IMG/VR virus record: IMGVR_UViG_3300006863_000015
Location: 1-27,037 of that record
Strand: one strand, 5' to 3'
From: a virus
Taxonomy: Duplodnaviria; Caudoviricetes
Length of the DNA stretch: 27,037 nucleotides
Shown: in pieces, positions 1 through 8,644 of the stretch
How positions within the stretch are numbered: position 1 is the stretch's first letter
How the letters are laid out: the number at the start of each line of letters is the position of its first letter
Notes under the pieces: generated by a model
The model's database searches: none
What the model saw: the letters and a program-made list of their open reading frames with translations, nothing else
What the model was told of the DNA's origin: nothing
Program-made: the position numbers and the translations under genes

Positions 1-285
1 ATGTGGGGCGCGATGCGGGAATGGCTGAAAACAGCGGCACTTCCCCAGGACAGACAGTTAAAAACTGACCTGACCGGCCCCATGAAGAAGCCCAACTCCG
101 CTGGCACCATATTCTTGGAGGGTAAGAAGGAAATGAAAGCACGAGGACTATCGTCGCCCGACGCCGCAGATGCGCTGGCCGTGACCTTTGCGTTTCCTGT
201 CGCCCATCGAGAGTACAATTCGCGCACAGATATCCGCAGACCCGCTGGGGTGCAGGGCATCACAACCTCTTGGATGGGAGCGTAA
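1..285 (+). CDS. terL: Terminase large subunit, C-terminal fragment (truncated by window edge)
   Basis: MW..MREWLK...LE.KKEMKARGL.SPDAADALAVTFA is the typical C-terminal nuclease end of phage TerL; lies upstream of the portal. Confidence 0.88.
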   Translation: MWGAMREWLKTAALPQDRQLKTDLTGPMKKPNSAGTIFLEGKKEMKARGLSSPDAADALAVTFAFPVAHREYNSRTDIRRPAGVQGITTSWMGA

Positions 286-546
286 ATGGCAAAGAAAAGC
301 GTGTCTCTCAGCGTTGGACGGGGCGAGAAGCTACCCGTGTCCAAGGGAGCAGGCTTGACTGCCAAAGGACGCGAGAAGTACAACCGCGAAACCGGTAGTA
401 AGTTAAAGGCTCCTGCCCCAAACCCCAAAACCAAAGCCGATGCAGGCCGTAAAGCCTCGTTTTGCGCCCGAATGGAGGGCGTTGTCAAGAACGCCAAGGG
501 CGACGCGGAACGCGCCAAAGCATCATTAAAACGCTGGAAGTGCTGA
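286..546 (+). CDS. Small basic phage protein (DUF6321-like)
   Basis: GLTAKGREKYNRETGSKLKAP...RKASFCARM...RWKC pattern; abuts the TerL stop codon. Confidence 0.7.
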   Translation: MAKKSVSLSVGRGEKLPVSKGAGLTAKGREKYNRETGSKLKAPAPNPKTKADAGRKASFCARMEGVVKNAKGDAERAKASLKRWKC

Positions 547-548
547 TC

Positions 549-704
549 ATGGCGACAAAACCCGGACTTTACGCTAACATCCACGCTAAACGTGAGCGCA
601 TCGCTGCTGGCTCGAAAGAGAAAATGCGTAAGCCAGGAACCAAGGGTGCACCCACCGACAAAGCATTCCGCGAGTCAGCGAAGACCGCAAAGAAAGGGAA
701 ATGA
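549..704 (+). CDS. Small Lys-rich hypothetical protein (MATKPGLYANIHAKRERI..., 51 aa)
   Basis: ATG at 549, 2 nt after the previous stop, is more plausible than the track's 462 start; ends in an ATGA overlap with the next gene. Confidence 0.7.
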   Translation: MATKPGLYANIHAKRERIAAGSKEKMRKPGTKGAPTDKAFRESAKTAKKGK

Positions 705-859
705 CAATGCCACTCGTCAAATCCACCGGCAAAGAAGCGTTCCGCAAGAACGTGAAAGCTGAAGTCAAGGCTGGTAAACCGGTCAAGCAAGCCGTCGCCA
801 TCGCATACAGTGTCAAACGTGCGGCAGCGCACAAATCCGCATCGAAAGGCAAAAAATGA
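701..859 (+). CDS. Small Lys-rich hypothetical protein (MTMPLVKSTGKEAFRKNVKAEVKAGKPVKQAVAIAYS...), absent from the ORF track
   Basis: Translated by hand: 52 aa (50 aa from ATG 707); ATGA overlaps at both ends fill the gap exactly; KQAVAIAYS motif typical of small phage proteins. Confidence 0.75.
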   Translation: MTMPLVKSTGKEAFRKNVKAEVKAGKPVKQAVAIAYSVKRAAAHKSASKGKK

Positions 860-1041
860 GCAAACACCTCGAACCCATCAGCAAGCTGAACGCCCGCGAA
901 CCCAAGATTTCTGGTGGTGGCATGCCCGACCGCAACAAAGAAACCTACTCCAAGATGCCCGGTATGGGCTGTCACGGTAGCATCCCCAGCGGCACCAACG
1001 TCAAGGCGACGGTTGCCAAGGTTCTGAACAAGATCAAATAA
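856..1041 (+). CDS. Small hypothetical protein (61 aa)
   Basis: Coupled by ATGA overlap; stop lies 3 nt before the portal ATG; phage-like codon usage. Confidence 0.65.
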   Translation: MSKHLEPISKLNAREPKISGGGMPDRNKETYSKMPGMGCHGSIPSGTNVKATVAKVLNKIK

Positions 1042-1044
1042 ACC

Positions 1045-3264
1045 ATGCCGCAAGACTACACAGGAGTCGTCGCTGCCGGTGCGGTCAGTGAAGGCGGCTC
1101 GGCCAAGGACAAAAGCGACGCGCAAGTCCTCTCGACCGCCCGCAGCCGCCTGGATATGGCGATTTCTGCGTTGTCGGAGTCGCGTGAAGATGAACTCGAT
1201 GACCTGCGCTTCTATGCAGGCTCACCGGACAACCACTGGCAGTGGCCCGCGGACGTGCTGGCAACCCGTGGTGCAGTGCAAGGGCAGACCATCAACGCTC
1301 GCCCCTGCCTGACAATTAACAAGCTGCCCCAGCACGTTCACCAAGTCACCAACGAGCAGCGACAAAATCGCCCGCAGCCCAAAGTCATCCCCGTCGATGA
1401 CAAGGCCGACGTTGAAGTGGCCGAGATTTTCAACGGCGTCATCCGTCACATCGAGTACATCTCCGATGCCGACGTGGCCTATGACACCGCATGCGAGAAC
1501 CAGGTGGCCTACGGTGAAGGCTACGTGCGTATCCTGACCGAATACTGCGACGCAGCTACGTTCAACCAGGACATCAAGATCGGACGCATCCGAAACAGCT
1601 TCAGCGTCTACATGGACCCGTTGATTCAAGACCCCTGCGGCGCTGATGCCCGCTGGTGTTTTATCACCGAAGACCTGCCGCGTGACGAGTACGAGCGCCA
1701 GTTCCCCAACGCCTCACCTTTGACCACTTTGCAGACTCTGGGCGTGGGCGACCAGTCCATCAGCCAGTGGCTCAACGAGAACACAGTCCGCATCGCCGAG
1801 TATTTCTACATCGAGCACACCCGCGAAACGCTGAATCTGTACCCTGGCAACATCACTGCGTTTGATGGCACTCCTGAAGACAGGATGCTCAAAAAGCAGT
1901 TCATCAAGCCCCTGAAGTCGCGCCAGTCTGATCGCAAACGCATCAAATGGCTCAAGATCAACGGCTACGAGGTGCTCGAGCGGGCCGACTGGGCTGGTTC
2001 CCACATCCCCGTGATCCGCTGCGTAGGCAACGAGTTCGAGGTTGAGGGTCGCCTGTACGTCAGCGGCCTCGTGCGTAACGCCAAAGACGCGCAGCGCATG
2101 TACAACTACTGGACTTCGCAGGAAGCCGAGATGCTGGCGCTGGCCCCCAAAGCGCCGTTCATCGGCTACGGCGGTCAGTTTGAAGGGTATGAGATGCAGT
2201 GGAAAACTGCCAATACCCAAAACTGGCCCTACCTTGAGGTCAACCCCGATGTCACAGACGGCCAGGGAGCCGTTTTGCCGCTTCCGCAACGTGCGGCCCC
2301 ACCTTTGCCCCAAACCGGTCTTATTCAGGCCAAAATGGGCGCTTCTGACGACATCAAGAGCACGACAGGTCAGTACAACGCATCGCTGGGTCAAACATCC
2401 AACGAACGCTCTGGCAAGGCCATCCTGGCGCGTCAACGTGAGTCCGACACCGGCACCTATCACTACGTTGACAACTACGCCCGCATGATCCGCTACGTTG
2501 GCCGTCAACTCGTGGACCTGATCCCCAAGATTTACGACACCGAGCGCATCGCCCGCATCATCCAAGAAGACGGCGAGTCGGGCATGGTCAAGATCAACCC
2601 GATGCAGCAAGAGCCGGTCAAGAAGATCGTCAACGAGCAAGGCATCGTGATCGAGAAAATCTACAACCCTGGTGTTGGCAAGTACGACGTGCGCGTGATC
2701 ACTGGTCCAGGCTTCCAGACCAAGCGTCAAGAGTCGCTCGAGTCGATGGCTCAATTGCTGCAAGGTAACCCCGATCTGTGGAAAGTGGCTGGCGACTTGT
2801 TCATCAAGAACATGGACTGGCCGGGTTCGCAGGAGATGGCGAAACGCTTTGCCAAGGTCATCGATCCGGCCATCATTGGCGACGACGAGGACAATCCGGC
2901 ACTGGCTGCTGCCAAACAGCAGATCGATGCCATGAACCAAGAGATGCAACAGATGGCTGGCATGCTGCAAAACGTGCAGCAGTCCATCGAAGCCCGCGAT
3001 ATTGCGATCAAAGAGTTCAAGGCCGACATCGAAGCCTACAATGCCGAAACCAAGCGTATCGCCGCGGTCCAGGCTGGCATGTCCGAGCAGCAGATTCAAG
3101 ACATCGCAATGGGCGTTGTGGCCGCAGCCATGCACAGCAATGATCTGGTCATGGGGTATGAGGGTCAAGAGATGCCCGAGATGCCTGTGGGTGCTGAAAT
3201 GCCCCCAGGTGCTGAGATGGCTCCGCCCCAGATGCCAATGCAACCTGAAGGACTACCGCAATGA
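1045..3264 (+). CDS. Portal protein, P22 gp1-like
   Basis: 739 aa; DDLRFYAG..HWQW, RPCLTINKL, GLVRNAKDAQRMYNYW, SGKAILARQ, GKYDVRVITGP...KRQE motifs; coiled-coil and Pro/Met-rich tail. Confidence 0.93.
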   Translation: MPQDYTGVVAAGAVSEGGSAKDKSDAQVLSTARSRLDMAISALSESREDELDDLRFYAGSPDNHWQWPADVLATRGAVQGQTINARPCLTINKLPQHVHQVTNEQRQNRPQPKVIPVDDKADVEVAEIFNGVIRHIEYISDADVAYDTACENQVAYGEGYVRILTEYCDAATFNQDIKIGRIRNSFSVYMDPLIQDPCGADARWCFITEDLPRDEYERQFPNASPLTTLQTLGVGDQSISQWLNENTVRIAEYFYIEHTRETLNLYPGNITAFDGTPEDRMLKKQFIKPLKSRQSDRKRIKWLKINGYEVLERADWAGSHIPVIRCVGNEFEVEGRLYVSGLVRNAKDAQRMYNYWTSQEAEMLALAPKAPFIGYGGQFEGYEMQWKTANTQNWPYLEVNPDVTDGQGAVLPLPQRAAPPLPQTGLIQAKMGASDDIKSTTGQYNASLGQTSNERSGKAILARQRESDTGTYHYVDNYARMIRYVGRQLVDLIPKIYDTERIARIIQEDGESGMVKINPMQQEPVKKIVNEQGIVIEKIYNPGVGKYDVRVITGPGFQTKRQESLESMAQLLQGNPDLWKVAGDLFIKNMDWPGSQEMAKRFAKVIDPAIIGDDEDNPALAAAKQQIDAMNQEMQQMAGMLQNVQQSIEARDIAIKEFKADIEAYNAETKRIAAVQAGMSEQQIQDIAMGVVAAAMHSNDLVMGYEGQEMPEMPVGAEMPPGAEMAPPQMPMQPEGLPQ

Positions 3265-3626
3265 GCACCGCAGCCGATTTTGTAGGCACTTTGTTTTTGG
3301 CCCGCGACGTGGCCCATTCAGTGCATCTGAACACCCGCAGCTTTTCCAAGCACATGGCGCTCAACACCTTCTACGACAGCATCATTGACCACGCTGATGC
3401 GTTTGCCGAGGCTTACCAGGGCCGTCATGGCCTGATCGGGCCAATCAGCCTGATGACAGCCAAGAAAACGACGAATATCATTGAGTTTTTGGAGTCATCG
3501 TTGGCCGATGTTGAGGAAATGCGGTACAAAGTGGCTAAAAAAGAAGACACGTCACTGCAACAGTTGATCGACAATATTGTCGAGCTGTACTTGACGACCC
3601 TTTACAAGTTAAAATTCCTCGCATAA
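3261..3626 (+). CDS. Dps/ferritin-like four-helix protein (DUF5856-like)
   Basis: H..HL.T.SF.KH.AL..FYD......D.FAEAYQG resembles Dps ferroxidase His/Asp/Glu spacing; ATGA-coupled to the portal. Confidence 0.7.
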   Translation: MSTAADFVGTLFLARDVAHSVHLNTRSFSKHMALNTFYDSIIDHADAFAEAYQGRHGLIGPISLMTAKKTTNIIEFLESSLADVEEMRYKVAKKEDTSLQQLIDNIVELYLTTLYKLKFLA

Positions 3627-3635
3627 GGAGCCAAC

Positions 3636-3902
3636 ATGGCACTCTACAAACAAGGTAACGCAGACTCGCAGATCAAAATCGGCGGCGGCAAGCTGTACGG
3701 CGTGTTCATCTCTAGCACCTCGAGCGGCACGTTTGCGTTGTACGACACGGCCAACAGCAGCACCAGCGACCCCAAGATCGTCAACACCGTGACGGTCAGT
3801 GCAGGCACCCAATACGTTAGCTTTCCCGCAGGTCTGTGGTTCAGCAACGGCCTGTACATTGACATCGCCAACACCATCGAATACACCGTCGCCTACGAAT
3901 AA
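3636..3902 (+). CDS. Hypothetical virion-associated beta-rich protein
   Basis: AAGGAG SD upstream; Ser/Thr/Gly-rich; lies in the structural operon. Confidence 0.7.
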   Translation: MALYKQGNADSQIKIGGGKLYGVFISSTSSGTFALYDTANSSTSDPKIVNTVTVSAGTQYVSFPAGLWFSNGLYIDIANTIEYTVAYE

Positions 3903-3911
3903 GGACAAGCC

Positions 3912-4394
3912 ATGGCTGTCAACCTTTCCCCAGTGGGCGGCGTTGCAGCCCAGTTCTTTACAAACACCGGCGCCGTCCTGACTGGCGGCAAGCTGTACAC
4001 CTATTCGGCAGGCACGACCACGCCTGCCGTGACGTATACGACTTCTGCGGCAAACGTTGCATGGACCAACCCGATTGTATTAAATGCGGCTGGTCGCGTG
4101 TCTGGTAGCGGCGAAATTTGGTTAAGCAGCACTACGCGGTACAAATTTGTGTTGACGGATAGCAATGACGTTTTAATTGCTACGTATGACAACGTATCGG
4201 GCGCGGGGGCTATATTTATCATTTCCTATGTTGGAACGGGCGCTCAGACAACATTTACGATTTCTAAAAACATCCAGAATGTTTTTATAAACGGCGCGTA
4301 CCAAAACCAAAGCACATACTCGGTTAGCGGGACAAATTTGGTTTTTTCGGAAGCGCCCCCGTACGGCTCTAAAATTGAAATTCAGGCTAGTTAA
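3912..4394 (+). CDS. Fibre/tailspike attachment (virion-binding) protein
   Basis: QFF..TG..L.GGKLYTY.AGTTTP..TYT......NPIVL..AGRV N-terminus seen in phage fibre anchoring domains; AAGGA SD. Confidence 0.65.
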   Translation: MAVNLSPVGGVAAQFFTNTGAVLTGGKLYTYSAGTTTPAVTYTTSAANVAWTNPIVLNAAGRVSGSGEIWLSSTTRYKFVLTDSNDVLIATYDNVSGAGAIFIISYVGTGAQTTFTISKNIQNVFINGAYQNQSTYSVSGTNLVFSEAPPYGSKIEIQAS

Positions 4395-4396
4395 GA

Positions 4397-5158
4397 ATGG
4401 CAAATACTAAGATTTCCGGTCTTACGTCAGCGACAACGCCGCTTGACGGAACGGAAGTTTTACCCATTGTGCAAAGCAGCACAACCAAAAAAGTTGCTAA
4501 CAATGATTTGCGGCCTAAGCAAATTCAATCCAACGCAACCAGTGGGATTTTGCAAGTGGCCGGCCCAACTGCGGGTACAACTCGCGTTATGACAACGCCA
4601 GATGCTAATTTTACGGCCGCAAGAACAGACGCCGCGCAATCATTTACTGGCGATCAAACTTTAGGTACTGGGAACCTAATCCAAGGCACAGCCGCCAAAG
4701 GCTTCAACTTCACCGCCAACACCCCCGCAGCGGGTAAGACCAGCCAGTTGCTGAACTGGTATGAAGAAGGCACTTGGACGCCGACGATTTCTGGCGATAC
4801 CACTTCTGGTACGCAAACGTATACATGGCAGTATGGCGCTTACACAAGAATTGGCCGACAAGTTACCTGTACTGCTTCCGTAAGAATCGCTACAACTTCT
4901 GGCATGGCAGGCAGTTTAGTAATTGGTGGCTTGCCGTTCACGTCAAGAAGCGGCGACAGAATCGCAGGGTCTGTTCATTTAGCGATTTGGGGTAACTTGA
5001 CTGCGGGTCAAGTTTATATAGCTGGCTACGTTAGCCCGTCGTCAACAACAGCGACATTGACTGGGTCAACAGGTGCGACGGGCAACTTAACTGGCCTCGC
5101 CGTCTCTACTTTTGCCGCAGGATCATACATTGATGCCGTAATCACTTACATGACCTAG
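4397..5158 (+). CDS. Fibre-like protein
   Basis: TKISGL..ATTPL.GTEVLPIVQ N-terminus; YEEGTWTP...G.YTRIGRQV...GLPF fibre C-terminal module. Confidence 0.7.
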   Translation: MANTKISGLTSATTPLDGTEVLPIVQSSTTKKVANNDLRPKQIQSNATSGILQVAGPTAGTTRVMTTPDANFTAARTDAAQSFTGDQTLGTGNLIQGTAAKGFNFTANTPAAGKTSQLLNWYEEGTWTPTISGDTTSGTQTYTWQYGAYTRIGRQVTCTASVRIATTSGMAGSLVIGGLPFTSRSGDRIAGSVHLAIWGNLTAGQVYIAGYVSPSSTTATLTGSTGATGNLTGLAVSTFAAGSYIDAVITYMT

Positions 5159-5170
5159 TAAGGAAAAAAC

Positions 5171-6469
5171 ATGTCTTTAACTAAAGTTTCTTTTTCAATG
5201 ATTGAGGGTGCGGTTCTAAACGTGCTCGATTACGGCGCGGATAGAACGGGCGTAGCCGACTCATCAAGCGCTATTCAAGATGCAATTGACGCGCTTGACC
5301 AAACCGGTTTTGGCGGCATTGTTTTTCTTCCGTGGGGCGACTACAAATGCAATACTGGCTTGTCGCTTCCAAATCTTGTCAGACTTGTTGGCGAAGGTAT
5401 GGATAGCAGTAATTTGCGTTACGAAGGCAACGGCAGCGCAATTACCCTCCCCGGTAGTGTTGGCGATAACGTCGTAAAAGCTGGGCTAAAAAACTTAAGT
5501 GTTTACGGCAACAATTCTTCTCAATATGGCATAAACGCTCAATACAGCGTTGATTGCGTTTTTGAGAATGTGCGCATCTACAACCATAACATTGGGTTGT
5601 TGTTGAATTGGTCATACAACAACATGTTGTATTTCGTCAAATCAGATAACTGCCGACAAGACGGTTTTTATTTTAGCGACGAAGCAAATGCAAACACAAT
5701 GGTAGGCTGCATGGGTGTAGAAAACGCCCGCGCTGGGCTGTTTATGCACGGCGGCCGCGCAAACGAAGCTGTAAACTGTACTTGGGAAGCAAACGATCAA
5801 TATGGCATTTATTTGTTAGGTGATACTGACGCTATTTATCGCCCAAAATCTTTGTTGGTTTCCAACTGTTACATTGAAGGAAACGGAACTGTTGAGGTAT
5901 TTTGCGACAAAACAGGCACCGATGCCCCGCTTGGAATTTCAATTAAGGACACTTATTTTTGCGCGTTGACGGGCAAGGCAACTCAAGCAATACGCGTTGA
6001 AAATTGCGAAGGTTTTGAAATTGATGGATGCACTTTTGATGACCAAGGTGTGCCATACGCGTATTCTTTGTACGTTCCGGCGGGTGGCCTTGTCACTAAT
6101 TTAACTTGGGGATTTAACACTGATCGCTCCACAGGAAAAGTGTACTCTGATCTGCCAATTAGAAACTTAATTAAATCAACAGCTCAAGCAACGGCTCAAT
6201 TTTCGGGCAAAAGTTCTGTGACGATAAATTCGTCATACAGCATTGTTTCGATAGTTAGAAATAGCGCTGGAAACTATACGGTCACTTTGCAAAATGCAAT
6301 GCCAACAATGTATTTTTCTGTATCTGCAAACGCTGAAGATAATTCTTCGGGGACGCCTAGCTTAACGTGCGGAATTGTTCCGGTAAGTACAAGTCAATTT
6401 TTACTGTCAGTTACGAATGCGGCTGGTACGCCAACTGATGGTAGAAATGTCAGCGTTATTGTTTTTTAA
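5171..6469 (+). CDS. Tailspike / pectate-lyase-like right-handed beta-helix protein (putative depolymerase)
   Basis: NVLDYGADRTGVADSSSAIQDAID...GIVFLPWGDY Pectate_lyase_3-type start followed by Asn/Gly-rich beta-helix repeats. Confidence 0.82.
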   Translation: MSLTKVSFSMIEGAVLNVLDYGADRTGVADSSSAIQDAIDALDQTGFGGIVFLPWGDYKCNTGLSLPNLVRLVGEGMDSSNLRYEGNGSAITLPGSVGDNVVKAGLKNLSVYGNNSSQYGINAQYSVDCVFENVRIYNHNIGLLLNWSYNNMLYFVKSDNCRQDGFYFSDEANANTMVGCMGVENARAGLFMHGGRANEAVNCTWEANDQYGIYLLGDTDAIYRPKSLLVSNCYIEGNGTVEVFCDKTGTDAPLGISIKDTYFCALTGKATQAIRVENCEGFEIDGCTFDDQGVPYAYSLYVPAGGLVTNLTWGFNTDRSTGKVYSDLPIRNLIKSTAQATAQFSGKSSVTINSSYSIVSIVRNSAGNYTVTLQNAMPTMYFSVSANAEDNSSGTPSLTCGIVPVSTSQFLLSVTNAAGTPTDGRNVSVIVF

Positions 6470-6482
6470 CTTTGACCATCTC

Positions 6483-6510
6483 TTGACACAGCGCCTTCTT
6501 AGCGCATAAT
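6483..6510 (+). promoter_or_regulatory. Sigma70-type promoter for scaffold/capsid genes
   Basis: TTGACA (6483-6488), 16-nt spacer, CATAAT (6505-6510) in the only large intergenic gap of the late operon. Confidence 0.7.
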
Positions 6511-6515
6511 CTGAG

Positions 6516-6554
6516 AACTGTACTGGCCCAGTTGACCAGGGATTCTAAAGAATC
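6516..6554 (+). promoter_or_regulatory. Putative structured 5' leader (H-type pseudoknot plus hairpin) of the scaffold mRNA
   Basis: AACTG 6516-20/CAGTT 6529-33; CTGG 6523-26/CCAG 6536-39; GATTC-TAAA-GAATC 6541-54. Confidence 0.45.
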
Positions 6555-6562
6555 AACAAAAA

Positions 6563-7366
6563 ATGACTGAAGAAGTCCAACAAGCCTTAGCGGAAGTAGA
6601 CTCCGCGCCAGCAACCGAGGTGACGGCCACCCCGGATATTGCACAAAATGCGCCGGAAGTAGCTGAGAATCAGCCCGAGCAACAGCCTGCGTCGAAGACA
6701 TTCACCCAGGAAGAACTCGATGCTGCTATCGGCAAGCGCCTCGCAAGAGAACAGCGCAAATGGGAACGGGAGCAGCAAGCACGGTTGGCGGAAACGCAAG
6801 CCGCGCAGTCGATGCCCAGAGGCGACCTGGATCGCAGTGCTTTTGAGTCTGACGAAGCCTATGCTGACGCATTGGCCGAGCGCAAGGCCCATCAGCTTCT
6901 TGAGATTCGTGAGCGCCAAAAGCAACAGGCTGCGACGCAAGCCGCTTATCAAGAACGTGAAGAAGCCGCACGGGACAAGTATGATGACTTCGAGCAAGTC
7001 GCTTACAACCCCAGCGTCAGAATTACGGACTCGATGGCCGAAGCGATTCAGGCTTCTGAAATTGGACCCGATCTAGCCTACTGGTTGGGATCGAATCCAA
7101 AAGAAGCAGATCGTATTTCTCATTTGTCCCCTATTTTGCAGGCACGAGAGATCGGGAAAATTGAGGCCAAACTTGGCAGCAACCCCGTTGTCAAACCTAC
7201 AACGTCTGCGCCAGCACCTATCACACCTGTAACGGCACGAACCAGCGGTAACCCGTCCTACGACACAACTGACCCTCGCTCTGTGAAGGCCATGAGTACG
7301 TCGGAATGGATTGAAGCTGAACGCGCCCGCCAGATGCGTAAGATGCAGGCACAAATGAATCGCTAA
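6563..7366 (+). CDS. Capsid scaffolding protein
   Basis: Acidic disordered N-terminus, KTFTQEELDA.I.KRLARE, coiled coil, GP.LAY.LG.NP.EA.RI; directly upstream of the coat gene. Confidence 0.85.
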   Translation: MTEEVQQALAEVDSAPATEVTATPDIAQNAPEVAENQPEQQPASKTFTQEELDAAIGKRLAREQRKWEREQQARLAETQAAQSMPRGDLDRSAFESDEAYADALAERKAHQLLEIRERQKQQAATQAAYQEREEAARDKYDDFEQVAYNPSVRITDSMAEAIQASEIGPDLAYWLGSNPKEADRISHLSPILQAREIGKIEAKLGSNPVVKPTTSAPAPITPVTARTSGNPSYDTTDPRSVKAMSTSEWIEAERARQMRKMQAQMNR

Positions 7367-7387
7367 AACTTTGAAAGGACTCGCATC

Positions 7388-8590
7388 ATGGCGAATAGTA
7401 TTTTAACCATTGACATGATCACCCGGAAGGCTCTCGAAATCCTCGAGAACAACCTGGTGCTCACCCGCAACGTGAACCGTCAGTACGACGACAGCTTCGC
7501 TGTTGAAGGCGCTAAGATTGGTTCAACCCTGCGTATCCGCCTGCCGGACCGCGCTCTGGTGACCGACGGTGCCGCCCTGCAAGTTCAGGACGACAACGAA
7601 CAGTACACGACCCTGACCGTTTCTTCGCAGAAACACATCGGCGTGAACTTCACCTCTGCCGAATTGACCATGCAGTTGGACGACTTCGCAGAGCGTGTGT
7701 TGAAGCCTCGTATCAGCCAGTTGGCCTCGTCCATCGACGCCGATGTGGCAAACAGCTTCAAGAGCATCTATCAGTCCGTGGGCACCCCCGGCACGACCCC
7801 CAGCACCTCTTTGGTTCTGTTGCAAGCGCAGCAGAAGCTGAACGAAGCCGCTGCTGTCATGTCGCCCCGTTATGCCACCGTCAACCCCGCCGCTAACGCT
7901 GGTTTGGTCGAAGGCATGAAAGGTCTGTTCAACCCCACCGACACCATCAGCAAGCAGTTCAAGAACGGCATGATGGGCATGGGCGTGTTGGGCTTCGACG
8001 AGATCAATATGTCTCAGTCGATCAAGCAGCACACCAACGGCGACTGGGGTACTGGCATCACCGTGACCAGCACTGTGTCTACCCAAGGCTCCACCACCCT
8101 GGGCATCAGCTTCACCGGCTCCAGCAAGACTTGGAACGTGGGCGACGTGTTCACCGTGGCCGGTGTGTACGCAGTGAACCCGCAGACCCGCGAGTCCACT
8201 GGTTCGCTCCAGCAGTTCGTGGTGACCGCTGCCGCTTCCGGCTCGTCCACCGCCACGCTGACTGTCAGCCCCGCGATGTACACCGCTGATCAGGCTCTGG
8301 CTACCATCAACGCATTCCCGGTTGCTACCGCTGCCGTGACAATGCTTGGTTCTGCCAGCGGCAACTACGCTCAGAACTTGGTGTATCACAAGGATGCGAT
8401 CACGTTTGCTACGGCTGACCTGTTGCTGCCCCAGGGCGTTGACATGGCTGCTCGTGCTGTCCACAACGGCATCTCCATGCGTGTGGTCCGCCAGTACGAT
8501 ATCAATAACGACCGCATGCCGTGTCGTATTGACGTGCTGTACGGTTACAGCGTGATCCGTCCCCAGATGGGCGTTCGTCTGTGGGGCTAA
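7388..8590 (+). CDS. Major capsid protein, P22 gp5 coat family
   Basis: MANSILTIDMITRKAL.ILENNL...GAKIG.TLRIRLP...CRIDVLYG...RP; strongly biased codons; GAAAGGA SD. Confidence 0.93.
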   Translation: MANSILTIDMITRKALEILENNLVLTRNVNRQYDDSFAVEGAKIGSTLRIRLPDRALVTDGAALQVQDDNEQYTTLTVSSQKHIGVNFTSAELTMQLDDFAERVLKPRISQLASSIDADVANSFKSIYQSVGTPGTTPSTSLVLLQAQQKLNEAAAVMSPRYATVNPAANAGLVEGMKGLFNPTDTISKQFKNGMMGMGVLGFDEINMSQSIKQHTNGDWGTGITVTSTVSTQGSTTLGISFTGSSKTWNVGDVFTVAGVYAVNPQTRESTGSLQQFVVTAAASGSSTATLTVSPAMYTADQALATINAFPVATAAVTMLGSASGNYAQNLVYHKDAITFATADLLLPQGVDMAARAVHNGISMRVVRQYDINNDRMPCRIDVLYGYSVIRPQMGVRLWG

Positions 8591-8596
8591 ACGGCC

Positions 8597-8620
8597 AAGG
8601 GGCTTCGGCCCCTTTCGTCA
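8597..8620 (+). terminator. GC hairpin with UUCG loop after the coat gene (probable leaky intrinsic terminator)
   Basis: AAGGGGC-TTCG-GCCCCTT followed by T-rich sequence. Confidence 0.65.
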
Positions 8621-8644
8621 ATTTAATTTTGAAAGGAATTTATC

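Noticed and set aside
1714-3243. Long antisense ORFs (509 aa here; also 7523-8464, 10397-11344, 16560-17870, 21578-22462, 23738-24556)
   Set aside because: They lie opposite well-supported genes, have His/Leu/Val-rich shadow-frame composition and no recognisable motifs; expected from biased codon usage in GC-rich genes
3169-3243. Short EMP/GAEM repeats at the portal C-terminus
   Set aside because: Degenerate low-complexity disordered tail with no sign of a separate function
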